Below are positions 10,177 through 19,003 of a stretch of DNA of 37,157 bases, in pieces (the stretch's first letter is position 1; each line of letters opens with the position of its first letter). The DNA is from an uncultured Prevotella sp. (lineage in GTDB: Bacteria; Bacteroidota; Bacteroidia; Bacteroidales; Bacteroidaceae): contig OMSQ01000023.1 in NCBI GenBank assembly GCA_900313805.1, positions 1 to 37,157 of the forward strand, in the 5' to 3' direction. The position numbers and the translations under genes were made by a program. The notes beneath the pieces were generated by a model. That model was not told the DNA's origin. It saw only the letters and a program-made list of their open reading frames with translations, and did no database searches.

Positions 10177-11004
10177 CTATACGCGCTGCCGCACCGCCTC
10201 AAACAGCAGTATGGCAGCACTTACCGATACGTTGAGCGAGTCTATACGCCCCAGCATGGGTATGCGTATGTGGGCATCGGCAGCCAGGCGCCACTGTGTG
10301 GTCAGCCCCGTAGCCTCGGTTCCCATCACTATGGCTGTGCCTCGGCGCATGTCGCTGTCGTAATAGGGCACGGAGTCCTGCAACTGGGCGGTGAGTATCT
10401 GTATGCCTCTGTCTTTCAGAAATGCTATACATTCCGCTGAAGAGCAGGCCACGCAGGGCACGGTGAAGACTGCACCCACGCTGCTGCGTATCAGGTTGGG
10501 ATTGTACAGGTCGGTCAGTGGGTCACACACTATCACGGCATCGGCAGCCGCTGCATCGGCACTGCGCAGTATGGCTCCCAGGTTGCCAGGCTTCTCCACA
10601 CTCTCTATAACCATTATCAACGGGTGCTCACCCAGACGAAGGTCGCTCAGTCGCAACTCACGACTGCGCATCACCGCGGCACATCCCTCTGTGCTACCCC
10701 TGTAAGCCATCCTCTCATATACTGCCGGGGTAACCTCTACCACCTGACCGGATAATCCGGTTTTTCCGGATATTCCAGGGTTTCCGGGGTCTCCGGTGCT
10801 TTCGGGGCTTCCGGCACTGCCCGCCAGAGACGGGCAGACGAAAAGCGTGTCTATCTCATAGCCGGCGGCCAGGGCATGCTGCAGCTCACGCTGGCCTTCC
10901 AGCACGAAACAGCCGGCCTCACGGCGCTCAGCCGACTTCTGTTGTAGAAGTAGATAGCGGCGCACCTTGGCATTGTGCAAACTCGATATTATCTCTTTTT
11001 CCAT
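10177..11004 (-). CDS. TrmH/SpoU family RNA methyltransferase
   Basis: EKPGNLGAILRSA, MGTEATGL and IPMLG.IDSLNVSVSAA motifs. Confidence 0.9.
   Translation of the reverse strand: MEKEIISSLHNAKVRRYLLLQQKSAERREAGCFVLEGQRELQHALAAGYEIDTLFVCPSLAGSAGSPESTGDPGNPGISGKTGLSGQVVEVTPAVYERMAYRGSTEGCAAVMRSRELRLSDLRLGEHPLIMVIESVEKPGNLGAILRSADAAAADAVIVCDPLTDLYNPNLIRSSVGAVFTVPCVACSSAECIAFLKDRGIQILTAQLQDSVPYYDSDMRRGTAIVMGTEATGLTTQWRLAADAHIRIPMLGRIDSLNVSVSAAILLFEAVRQRV
10748..10828. repeat. In-frame 9-bp tandem repeat inside the TrmH gene (encodes Gly-X-Y)
   Basis: ccggataat ccggttttt ccggatatt ccagggttt ccggggtct ccggtgctt tcggggctt ccggcactg cccgccaga. Confidence 0.8.
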
Positions 11005-11012
11005 ATCACTTG

Positions 11013-11080
11013 CAAAAATAGAGAAAAAACGGGAATTACCCTGCTCTTTTCAGAATTCTTGTTTTTTTTTATTACTTTTG
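11013..11080. promoter_or_regulatory. Divergent -7 boxes for TrmH (-) and SSS (+)
   Basis: Minus-strand tatttttg at 11013-11020; plus-strand tacttttg at 11073-11080. Confidence 0.6.
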
Positions 11081-11089
11081 CCCTCCGTT

Positions 11090-12541
11090 ATGCTGATACT
11101 CATCACTCTGCTGCTGTATTTCTCGTTGCTCCTGTTGTTCAGCCGTCTCACTGCGGGCAGGAGCGACAACGATACCTTCTATCGTGGCGGCCGGCGCTCA
11201 CCGTGGTACATGGTGGCTTTCGGCATGATAGGTGCCTCCATTTCTGGCGTCACCTTTGTCTCGGTACCTGGCATGGTGATGCTTTCCGACATGACCTACA
11301 TGCAGACCTGCATAGGTTTCATCTTCGGTTATCTGTTGGTGGCATTCGTGCTCTTGCCCATATACTATCGCTACCGCCTCACCACCATCTATGGTTTCCT
11401 ACAGAGGCGTTTGGGCGAGCGCTCTTACCGCACGGGTGCCTCTTTCTTCCTGCTCTCGAAGATGACGGGGGCTGCCGCACGCTTTTATATGGTGTGCATC
11501 ATACTGCAGGAGTTTGTGTTCTCTGAATGGCATGTGCCCTTCGAGGTCACCGTGCCCCTCATGGTGCTGCTAATATGGCTGTACACACGTCGTGGCGGCA
11601 TACGCACTCTGGTATGGACCGACACCTTTCAGACCACCTGCATGTTCACCGCCCTCATACTCATCATCGTACACGTCACCGATGCCCTGGGCATGAACCT
11701 GGGCGAGGCCATACAAGCGGTGGCGGCAGATGAGCACAGTCGCATCTTCGTGATGGATGACTGGTGGTCGCGTCAGAATTTCTGGAAACAGTTTCTCAGT
11801 GGTATTTTCATTGTCATAGTGATGACAGGACTCGATCAGGACATGATGCAGAAGAACCTTACCTGTCGCAGTCTGCGCGATGCCCAGAAGGACATGTGTA
11901 CCTACGGTGTGGCTTTCGTGCCTGCCAACCTCCTTTTCCTTTCCCTTGGTGTGCTGCTCACCATGCTGGCTGCCCGCCAGGGCGTGGTGGTGTCGTCGCC
12001 TGATGCGCTTGTGCCCACTTTCGCCGCCTCGGGAGCCTTGGGGCTTGTGGTGGTCACTCTCTTCACCGTGGGCATTGTGGCAGCCTCCTTCTCCTCGGCC
12101 GACTCCGCCATGACTGCCATGACCACTTCCTACTGCGTGGACCTGCTGCAGCGACCTGACGATGAGCGCCTGCGCCGGCGGGCACATATAGGGGTTGCCC
12201 TGATGTTCACTCTGTGCATACTCCTCTTCCGCCTGCTTCATTCTGACAGTGTCATCGATGCCATCTACGTCATGTGCGGATACACCTACGGACCTCTGCT
12301 GGGACTGTTTGCATACGCCATATTCACAAAGCAAGGCGTGGATGACCGTAGGGTGCCCTACATCGCTGTCATCTCGCCTCTGCTGTGCTTCGCCCTCGAT
12401 ACAGTCGTATCGCAACTGGCGGGGTATAAGTTTGGTTATGAGTTGCTCATGCTCAACGGCTTGCTCACCTTCCTTGGATTGTGGCTGTTCCGTCGTCCAG
12501 TGCCTCCTTCGTCACTTCACCCTGATGAGGGTGCTGCCTGA
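11090..12541 (+). CDS. Sodium:solute symporter family transporter
   Basis: Multi-TM protein; SISGVTFVSVPG, GG...LVWTD..Q, GLDQDMMQK and SSADSA motifs; start set at ATG 11090. Confidence 0.9.
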   Translation: MLILITLLLYFSLLLLFSRLTAGRSDNDTFYRGGRRSPWYMVAFGMIGASISGVTFVSVPGMVMLSDMTYMQTCIGFIFGYLLVAFVLLPIYYRYRLTTIYGFLQRRLGERSYRTGASFFLLSKMTGAAARFYMVCIILQEFVFSEWHVPFEVTVPLMVLLIWLYTRRGGIRTLVWTDTFQTTCMFTALILIIVHVTDALGMNLGEAIQAVAADEHSRIFVMDDWWSRQNFWKQFLSGIFIVIVMTGLDQDMMQKNLTCRSLRDAQKDMCTYGVAFVPANLLFLSLGVLLTMLAARQGVVVSSPDALVPTFAASGALGLVVVTLFTVGIVAASFSSADSAMTAMTTSYCVDLLQRPDDERLRRRAHIGVALMFTLCILLFRLLHSDSVIDAIYVMCGYTYGPLLGLFAYAIFTKQGVDDRRVPYIAVISPLLCFALDTVVSQLAGYKFGYELLMLNGLLTFLGLWLFRRPVPPSSLHPDEGAA

Positions 12542-14575
12542 CAATGTCTTGCTGTCGGCATGCAGGTTAACTATGTACACTCCTTTTGGCAGTGTGCTCA
12601 GATCCAGGCTGCTTCGCCCGTTCAACTCTCTTAACTTCTGTCCTTTAGTGTCGTACACTGTCATGCTGTAGTTGTGTCCTCTCAGCGCCTCGGCATCGAT
12701 GGTCAGAGTCTTGCCGTTCCACTCCATCTTCAATTCCTTGCTCAGTGGTCGTGGCTCTGCTATGCCCGTCACGTTGAGCAGGTGCAGCAGTCCGTTGTAC
12801 ACATCCACCTGTCCCCAGCCATATTGATTGTTGGGATAGGTCATGTCTGCATCGGGGTGAGTGGCTGTGGCGCGAATGGCGGTCTTCACGTCCTCTGGAG
12901 TGAGGGTGGGGCAGGCCTGAAGCCACAGGGCCACGGTGCCAGCCATCACCGGCGACGCCATCGAGGTGCCGCTCAGCGATATGAAGTAATATTTCTTGCC
13001 GTTGTATGTCACACTGTAGTTGCCGCTGCTGCCCTCAGATGAGAAACTGTTGGCGGCAGAGATGATGTACGAGCCTGGTGCCACCACGTCGGGCTTGAGC
13101 CTGTTGTCCAGCGTGGGACCCACACTTGAGAAGTACGACAGTTTTCCGCCGCCGTTAGAGTAGTTGGTGCTGCCCACGCATATTATGCAGTCCAGTTCCC
13201 CTGGCCAGCCCACGTTATAGCCCTCTTGCAGGTAGTTGTTCGACCCTGCACTGCTCAGCGGACATACGTAGAAGTCGCTCAGCAGTTCTGCCTCTCCTTC
13301 ACCTTCCAGCGTGATGGTACAGTCGTTCAGATAGGGATAGTATGAATAGGGGTAGTCGCCGCGAAAGGTGTAGACAACTCCTGCTGAGTCGGCCTCGCAG
13401 TCCACCCTCTCACCGCTGATGGTCACCGTTGTGCCGTTCACCAGCTTTTCTATTGATACATACTGTCCTTCTGCTTCTTTTATCTCTGCGGTGTTGAAAG
13501 TGAAACTGGTGCTGCCAAGTTTGATGATTACGTCTATGTCGCTGTCAGTGCGCACGTCGGCATTGATTTCAGAGTCCACCAGTCCGCCGCTCATCAATAC
13601 CGTCGTCTTGTTCACTCCGGCGGGCTTCACCACATAGCGGTATTCGTCACCCTCATTGCCTGCAGCCGCCACTATGATACGCCCTGCGCCCACCATGTTC
13701 TCCAGTGCCTCACGCTCAAGAGTGCGTCCTAGGGTGAAGGTGGTCGATTCACCACTGCTGAAATTGATTACACAGGGTTGGTCGTGTGCATCGGCATAGT
13801 CAAAGATGCTTTTAAAACCAAGTATGCACCGAGCCGAGGTGACACCGCCGTCAGGACTCTCGAAGTCCTCGCGGTCCGAGTTGAAATCAGCCACGCAGAG
13901 GTCTGCTCCGGGAGCCATGCCCCGAAACTGCGACACCACCGAGCCGCCCATGATGCCAAGCACGTGGGTGCCGTGCAGATCTATGTTCTTCGAATGTTGT
14001 ACGAGTGCTATGGCATCGGATGTAGTATATTCTTTGCCCCAGACGCCTTTACTGTTTTTTACGTTGTAGTCGATGAAGTACTTCACGCGAGTCTTGCCGT
14101 CGGCATCGAGGAAGGAGGGGTGAGTGAAGTCGTGCCCCACGTCCATGCTGCCAGCCACCACGCCCGTCCCGTCGTATGCCTGTGGCAGGTCGGTGCCCTG
14201 ATATACTGGTGTGGCGTTCACATAGCCTGGCGTTACCCTCATCGCCGGCCTCGGCATACGTTCTGCCTCCAGCCTCTGCACCTCACTCTCTGCCGCAAGT
14301 GCCTCAACGGAAGCCATGGGCACTTCTGCTACCTGCACCTCACCGATGGTGGCAAGGAGTGTGCCACCGTGGCGTGTCAGAAGCTTCTCTGCATCACCAC
14401 TGCATTTCATCAACAGGCAGATGCCTCGTGCATCCTTGATGCCAGTCATCAGTGAGTGGTGCTTTCGCACAGTATGGCGCAGATAGGGCGACATCTTATG
14501 GCCGTCTCTGAGCACCTGTGCCGATAGTGTGGCGGTTATCAGCAGTGCGCCTAGCAAGAAGTATAGTCTTTTCAT
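12512..14575 (-). CDS. S8 (subtilisin-like) serine peptidase with signal peptide and T9SS type A C-terminal sorting domain
   Basis: Catalytic triad motifs D(VG), HGTHV and GTSMASP; AAAGNEG oxyanion motif; C-terminal VYDTKGQ...LPKGVYIV...K. Confidence 0.9.
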   Translation of the reverse strand: MKRLYFLLGALLITATLSAQVLRDGHKMSPYLRHTVRKHHSLMTGIKDARGICLLMKCSGDAEKLLTRHGGTLLATIGEVQVAEVPMASVEALAAESEVQRLEAERMPRPAMRVTPGYVNATPVYQGTDLPQAYDGTGVVAGSMDVGHDFTHPSFLDADGKTRVKYFIDYNVKNSKGVWGKEYTTSDAIALVQHSKNIDLHGTHVLGIMGGSVVSQFRGMAPGADLCVADFNSDREDFESPDGGVTSARCILGFKSIFDYADAHDQPCVINFSSGESTTFTLGRTLEREALENMVGAGRIIVAAAGNEGDEYRYVVKPAGVNKTTVLMSGGLVDSEINADVRTDSDIDVIIKLGSTSFTFNTAEIKEAEGQYVSIEKLVNGTTVTISGERVDCEADSAGVVYTFRGDYPYSYYPYLNDCTITLEGEGEAELLSDFYVCPLSSAGSNNYLQEGYNVGWPGELDCIICVGSTNYSNGGGKLSYFSSVGPTLDNRLKPDVVAPGSYIISAANSFSSEGSSGNYSVTYNGKKYYFISLSGTSMASPVMAGTVALWLQACPTLTPEDVKTAIRATATHPDADMTYPNNQYGWGQVDVYNGLLHLLNVTGIAEPRPLSKELKMEWNGKTLTIDAEALRGHNYSMTVYDTKGQKLRELNGRSSLDLSTLPKGVYIVNLHADSKTLSGSTLIRVK

Positions 14576-14595
14576 ATCATCTATAGTTCCCGTCT

Positions 14596-15537
14596 CTATT
14601 TGCTGCGCAGGTAGCGGTCGGCTTCTATGGCGGCTTTACATCCGCTGGCGGCTGCTGTCACTGCCTGACGGTAATGGGGGTCAGCCACATCGCCGGCGGC
14701 ATACACACCGGGCAGTTTTGTGCATGGCGTGCCGTCTATGGTCTTGATATAGCCCGTCTCGTCGGTGTCCAGCCACTGTTTGAAGACATCGCTGTTGGGC
14801 TTGTGTCCTATGGCGAGGAAGAACCCGTCGATAGGCAGGTCGTAACGCTCCTCATCGCTCTCGCCCATGCGTTTTACCAGATGTGCGCCTTCCACACCAT
14901 ACTGGCCATACAGTCCCAGTGTGTTGTGCTCGAACAGCACCTCTATGTTGTCCGTGTCCTTCACCCTTTGTTTCATCACCTCCGATGCGCGGAGGAACGG
15001 CTTGCGCACTATCATATACACTTTCTTGGCGAGCGAGGCCAGATAGAGAGCCTCTTCGCAGGCGGTGTCGCCACCTCCTACCACGGCAACCGTGCGCTTG
15101 CGGTAGAAAAACCCGTCGCAGGTGGCACAGGCTGATACACCCTGTCCCATGTATTTCTGCTCATCGTCCAGTCCCAGGTACTTCGCCGAGGCACCGGTGG
15201 CTATGATCACAGTGTCGGCTTCTATCTCTTCACCGCGGTCTGTGGTGAGCACGTAGGGCTGGCTGCTGAAGTCTGAACTCACTATCTCACCGTCGCGCAG
15301 GTCGGTGCCGAAGCGTTCGGCCTGTTTGCGCAGTTGCATCATCATCTCGTTGCCGTCCACTCCCTCAGGATAACCGGGGAAGTTCTCCACGGTAGTGGTC
15401 TGGGTGAGTTGTCCGCCCGTCTGCAAGCCACAGTACTCCACAGGGGAGAGGTTGGCGCGGGCTGCATATATGGCCGCCGTATATCCGGCAGGTCCGCTGC
15501 CTATGATAAGGCATTTTACGTGTTCTCTTTTTTCCAT
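14596..15537 (-). CDS. trxB: Thioredoxin-disulfide reductase
   Basis: GSGPAG, CATCDG, GGGDTA.EEA and AGDV motifs. Confidence 0.96.
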   Translation of the reverse strand: MEKREHVKCLIIGSGPAGYTAAIYAARANLSPVEYCGLQTGGQLTQTTTVENFPGYPEGVDGNEMMMQLRKQAERFGTDLRDGEIVSSDFSSQPYVLTTDRGEEIEADTVIIATGASAKYLGLDDEQKYMGQGVSACATCDGFFYRKRTVAVVGGGDTACEEALYLASLAKKVYMIVRKPFLRASEVMKQRVKDTDNIEVLFEHNTLGLYGQYGVEGAHLVKRMGESDEERYDLPIDGFFLAIGHKPNSDVFKQWLDTDETGYIKTIDGTPCTKLPGVYAAGDVADPHYRQAVTAAASGCKAAIEADRYLRSK

Positions 15538-15550
15538 AGTTTTTTCTTTA

Positions 15551-15600
15551 TTCTTTCTAGGTTTTCCTAGGCTATCCTAGGTTATCCTAGGTCCTCCTGG
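15551..15600. repeat. 10-bp tandem repeat x5 containing CCTAGG palindromes
   Basis: ttctttctag gttttcctag gctatcctag gttatcctag gtcctcctgg. Confidence 0.75.
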
Positions 15601-15608
15601 TATTACTT

Positions 15609-15637
15609 AAAAATGCCCGTGGGGCGGGCATTTTTTT
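15609..15637. terminator. Intrinsic terminator-like hairpin between gpx and trxB (bidirectional shape)
   Basis: aaaaatgcccg-tgggg-cgggcattttttt. Confidence 0.7.
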
Positions 15638-15640
15638 GTT

Positions 15641-16192
15641 TTATTTCAGCAGTTGCTGTATCTGTTGTTCTATCTCCTCCACTGGCGCTGTCGGTTCGAA
15701 ACGTGCCACAACCAGTCCCACTTTATTTATGAGAAACTTGGTGAAGTTCCATTTTATGTCGCTCTTCTCCTTGTAGTCGGGGTCCTCTTTTGAGAGCATC
15801 TCGTCAAGGATATGTGCTATGGGGTGCTCCATGTTCCATCCGGCGAATCCCTTTTGCTCCTTGAGGTATTTGAAAAGCGGGTCGGCATCTTCGCCGTTTA
15901 CCTTTACTTTCTTGAAACGCGGGAATTCCGTGCCGTAGTTCAGTTTGCAGAAACTGTGTATGCTCTCATCCGTGCCGGGAGCCTGCTGACCGAACTGGTT
16001 GCATGGGAAGTCGAGTATTTCAAAGCCCTTGCTGTGATATTTCTCGTACAGCTTTTCCAGCTCCTCATATTGTGGGGTGAAACCGCATTTCGTGGCGGTG
16101 TTTACTATGAGTAATACTTCGTTGGCGTAACTTTTCAGAGCCACATTGCCACCTTTCCTGTCTTTTACAGAAAAATCAAAAACTGTCTTCAT
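15641..16192 (-). CDS. Glutathione peroxidase family (Cys-type) peroxidase
   Basis: NTATKCGFTPQY, FPCNQFGQQAPG and WNFTKFL motifs. Confidence 0.92.
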   Translation of the reverse strand: MKTVFDFSVKDRKGGNVALKSYANEVLLIVNTATKCGFTPQYEELEKLYEKYHSKGFEILDFPCNQFGQQAPGTDESIHSFCKLNYGTEFPRFKKVKVNGEDADPLFKYLKEQKGFAGWNMEHPIAHILDEMLSKEDPDYKEKSDIKWNFTKFLINKVGLVVARFEPTAPVEEIEQQIQQLLK

Positions 16193-16211
16193 TATTCTAT
16201 TTAGGTTGTTA

Positions 16212-16248
16212 TAGTATTCTTTAGATATTCTAGATACTCTAGATATAT
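16212..16248. repeat. 9-bp tandem repeat with TCTAGA junctions
   Basis: tagatattc tagatactc tagatatat at 16222-16248, preceded by a degenerate unit. Confidence 0.6.
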
Positions 16249-17028
16249 TTATTCCAGGGTTATGTCTACTATCTGGCGCCAGTATTTTGGCAGTTCCTTT
16301 TTGCTCTTATATGCCTTTATGGTCTTGCCATTCTTGTCTTTCTTCTCAAACATGCTGCATTTCTTGCCAGTAATTTTTGTCTGCTCCTGGGGAATGGAGT
16401 AGTAGAACAGGTTGTCGGTCTCTACCAACTCGTTGCCTTTCCATTCCATCTTGCTGAAAGAATATTCCCAGGCACTGTTTGATCCGCTCAGGTATATGGC
16501 AGCCTCGTGAGGTGAGAAGACGGGGTTTTGCAGCGAAGGCTCACCCAGTTTGCCTATACGCTCAAACTTATTCCTTTCGGGGTTCCAGAGCAGTATGGTG
16601 CTGTAGGTGCGCGACTCTCCCGGTCCGAGGAAGATATCCGTATGTCCGTCGAAGTTGGCATCTACAAAGTGAATCATGGTCTCTGCAGGCTGGTCGTACC
16701 AGTCGGTGAAGAGCTCTTCCTCTCCGGCGAACGCCTGTGTCTGTTTACCGTCAATGTATATCACAGCCTTTTGTTGCCCTTCGTCATCTTTGCTCAGCAC
16801 CACGTTTATGTGTGAGTCTTTCTGTGCACACTGCGACAGCTTCCATGGATAACTCTCCTTCATGGTCTTTGTCGGTTCAGCGATTTCAGCCTCTGTACTA
16901 GTTTCAACGGCTTCTGTTGTTCCTGCCTTCTTGTCATCCTTGCCCTGTGTGGTACAGCACACCATGGTGAGTAGGAATGTTATCAGTGAAATACTAATTC
17001 TATTCATGTCGTATTTTGTTAGGTTCAT
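16249..17028 (-). CDS. Putative lipoprotein, XAC2610-related / FG-GAP-like motif
   Basis: Signal ending ..TMVCC; low-complexity linker; FVDANFDGHTDI motif; alternative start at 17007. Confidence 0.6.
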   Translation of the reverse strand: MNLTKYDMNRISISLITFLLTMVCCTTQGKDDKKAGTTEAVETSTEAEIAEPTKTMKESYPWKLSQCAQKDSHINVVLSKDDEGQQKAVIYIDGKQTQAFAGEEELFTDWYDQPAETMIHFVDANFDGHTDIFLGPGESRTYSTILLWNPERNKFERIGKLGEPSLQNPVFSPHEAAIYLSGSNSAWEYSFSKMEWKGNELVETDNLFYYSIPQEQTKITGKKCSMFEKKDKNGKTIKAYKSKKELPKYWRQIVDITLE

Positions 17029-17045
17029 TGTTAATGTTTACGATA

Positions 17046-17076
17046 CAAAGTTAGCAAAATAAAACCAAACAGCAAA
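17046..17076 (-). promoter_or_regulatory. Sigma-A promoter for the lipoprotein gene
   Basis: Minus-strand taactttg (17046-17053) with tttg (17073-17076), 19-bp spacer. Confidence 0.7.
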
Positions 17077-17124
17077 GTTTACCCTGTGTTTTTGCTTCAT
17101 TTTTTCACTACATGGCTTGCTGTA

Positions 17125-17778
17125 TCACTGCAATTCCGTCTCGCCCAGACGTTTCAGCGGTTCCTTGGCTATATTCTGCCATGTCTCTTTTGCTTTCACC
17201 TTCTCGTCGAAAGCGTTTTCCTCCAATGTCTGTTTCTTGTGTGTGAGATAGTTGAAACTCTCTGTCCTCATGTCTCCTGTCAGTCTCGACAGTTCACACA
17301 CGTCCTCTCCTATGAGGTAGAAGTCGCCCTGTTGCATACGGAAGGTGTAAGAATTTGATACGTTGCTATAGCCTCCGGCAGAGTAGAAGAACGACAAGTT
17401 GATGATGAGTGTGTTTCGCGGGGTGATTTTCACTTCTCTCTCTATTGTCTCATATTCATTCTCCATGGCTGGCAGCAGTTCCTTGTATTCCTTCCACTTG
17501 TGTAGTTGTCCCTTCTCGTCGCCGAAGTAGATGGCCAGCACGGGTCGGTTGAAATTGTATGTAAACTCATCATCGCGTTTCTTCAGTCCTTCTGGGTAGT
17601 TGGGCAGGGCTATGATTGCCATGTCGGGTATCCCGTCCTTGTTCAGGTCGCCCGTGCTCTCGGTATGTGCCCATCCTGCGGGCACCAGTTCGTCTGCATT
17701 ATATCCCTTTGTGGAGAGTTGTTGTGCCGCCACGGCGAGTGGCATGCATAGGCACAGTATGAGTATGATTTTCTTCAT
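17125..17778 (-). CDS. Secreted hypothetical protein with FG-GAP-like Ca-binding loop
   Basis: Signal peptide MKKIILILCLCMPLAVAA; GDLNKDGIPD; YTFRMQQGDFYLIG; start corrected to 17778. Confidence 0.75.
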   Translation of the reverse strand: MKKIILILCLCMPLAVAAQQLSTKGYNADELVPAGWAHTESTGDLNKDGIPDMAIIALPNYPEGLKKRDDEFTYNFNRPVLAIYFGDEKGQLHKWKEYKELLPAMENEYETIEREVKITPRNTLIINLSFFYSAGGYSNVSNSYTFRMQQGDFYLIGEDVCELSRLTGDMRTESFNYLTHKKQTLEENAFDEKVKAKETWQNIAKEPLKRLGETELQ

Positions 17779-17798
17779 GATTAGTATTGGTATTGGGT

Positions 17799-18923
17799 TT
17801 ATGCTTCTTCTCTCTTGACGAAGGGCTTCTCCCCTCGTCGCCTTATGCTCAGGTTTATGGCGTAGTTGAGTGCCACATACAGCACCACATCTATAATCAG
17901 TATCAGGGTGAGCGAGGCATCGCACAGCTTGTTGAGCATGATATTGACGGTGGTGAACAGCACAGCCACTGCAAGTATGGTGATGAGTGCATGGTGCTGG
18001 TCCATGCCGCTGCGCATCAGTTTATGGTGTATGTGGTTCTTGTCGGCATCGAAGAGCGGACGGTGGTTGACGGTGCGTGTGATGACCACCCTCACCACAT
18101 CTAGCATGGGCACCATGAGGAAGGTGAAGGAGAGCAGCAGACGGTCAGACCTGTATGGTTTTATGTCGGGGTTGTCCATGGCCAGTTTCACGAAGAGGAA
18201 GCCCAGGATGAACCCCAGCGTCAGACTGCCCGAGTCGCCCATGAATATCTTGCGGTTTTTTTGGGGGTCGCCCAGCATGTTGAAATACAGAAATGCTACC
18301 ACCACGCCCATCAGTCCGGCTATGAGTATGGAGTAGCTCCACATATCCTCGGAGATGAAGCAGGCGAGGAACCCCGCCAGCCCCAGAAAACAGAGTCCGC
18401 CGGCCAGTCCGTCGATACCGTCAATCAGGTTGATGGCATTTTCAATAAACACGATAATAAACACCGTGAGTATCATACCCACCCATACCGGTATCTCGTG
18501 CATCCCTAGGAAACCGTACAGGTTGTTTATATACAGGCCGGAGAGCGGCATGAGTGATGCCGAGAGTATCTGTACCAGGAATTTCGTGGTGGCGTTCAGA
18601 CCGATGAGGTCGTCGATGATGCCTACGGTGTAGGTGAGCAGCAAGCTTATGAAAAAGAGGCAGGTCCACAGACTCAGTGTCACCTGTTCCTTGCCTGATA
18701 TGCCGTCAAACACCAGCAGTGCCACTAGCACCGCTATCACCATGCTGGGCAGGAAACTCAGTCCGCCGAGTCGTGGTATGGCGTTCTTGTGCACTTTGCG
18801 CTCGTTGGGGATGTCATACAACTTCTTACGCTTGCAGTAGTTCATTATCTGCGGGATGAATATCACTCCGCAGATGATGCTTGCCAGGAAAGAGATTATA
18901 ATGTATATGTAGTGTATGTTCAT
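17799..18923 (-). CDS. MraY-family undecaprenyl-phosphate sugar-1-phosphate transferase (WecA/TagO-like)
   Basis: P.ERKVH...IPRLGG, GIIDD, NAINLIDGIDGL, FMGDSGS and D.NHIHH motifs. Confidence 0.9.
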   Translation of the reverse strand: MNIHYIYIIISFLASIICGVIFIPQIMNYCKRKKLYDIPNERKVHKNAIPRLGGLSFLPSMVIAVLVALLVFDGISGKEQVTLSLWTCLFFISLLLTYTVGIIDDLIGLNATTKFLVQILSASLMPLSGLYINNLYGFLGMHEIPVWVGMILTVFIIVFIENAINLIDGIDGLAGGLCFLGLAGFLACFISEDMWSYSILIAGLMGVVVAFLYFNMLGDPQKNRKIFMGDSGSLTLGFILGFLFVKLAMDNPDIKPYRSDRLLLSFTFLMVPMLDVVRVVITRTVNHRPLFDADKNHIHHKLMRSGMDQHHALITILAVAVLFTTVNIMLNKLCDASLTLILIIDVVLYVALNYAINLSIRRRGEKPFVKREEA

Positions 18924-19003
18924 CGTCGGTTAGCGCTTATCATAGTCATGCATCCACGCGTACGTGGATATCATACATTATGATAACTATGCTTCACGGC
19001 TGT

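Noticed and set aside
15641-16192. Selenocysteine in the glutathione peroxidase
   Set aside because: The active-site codon is TGC (Cys); no in-frame TGA.
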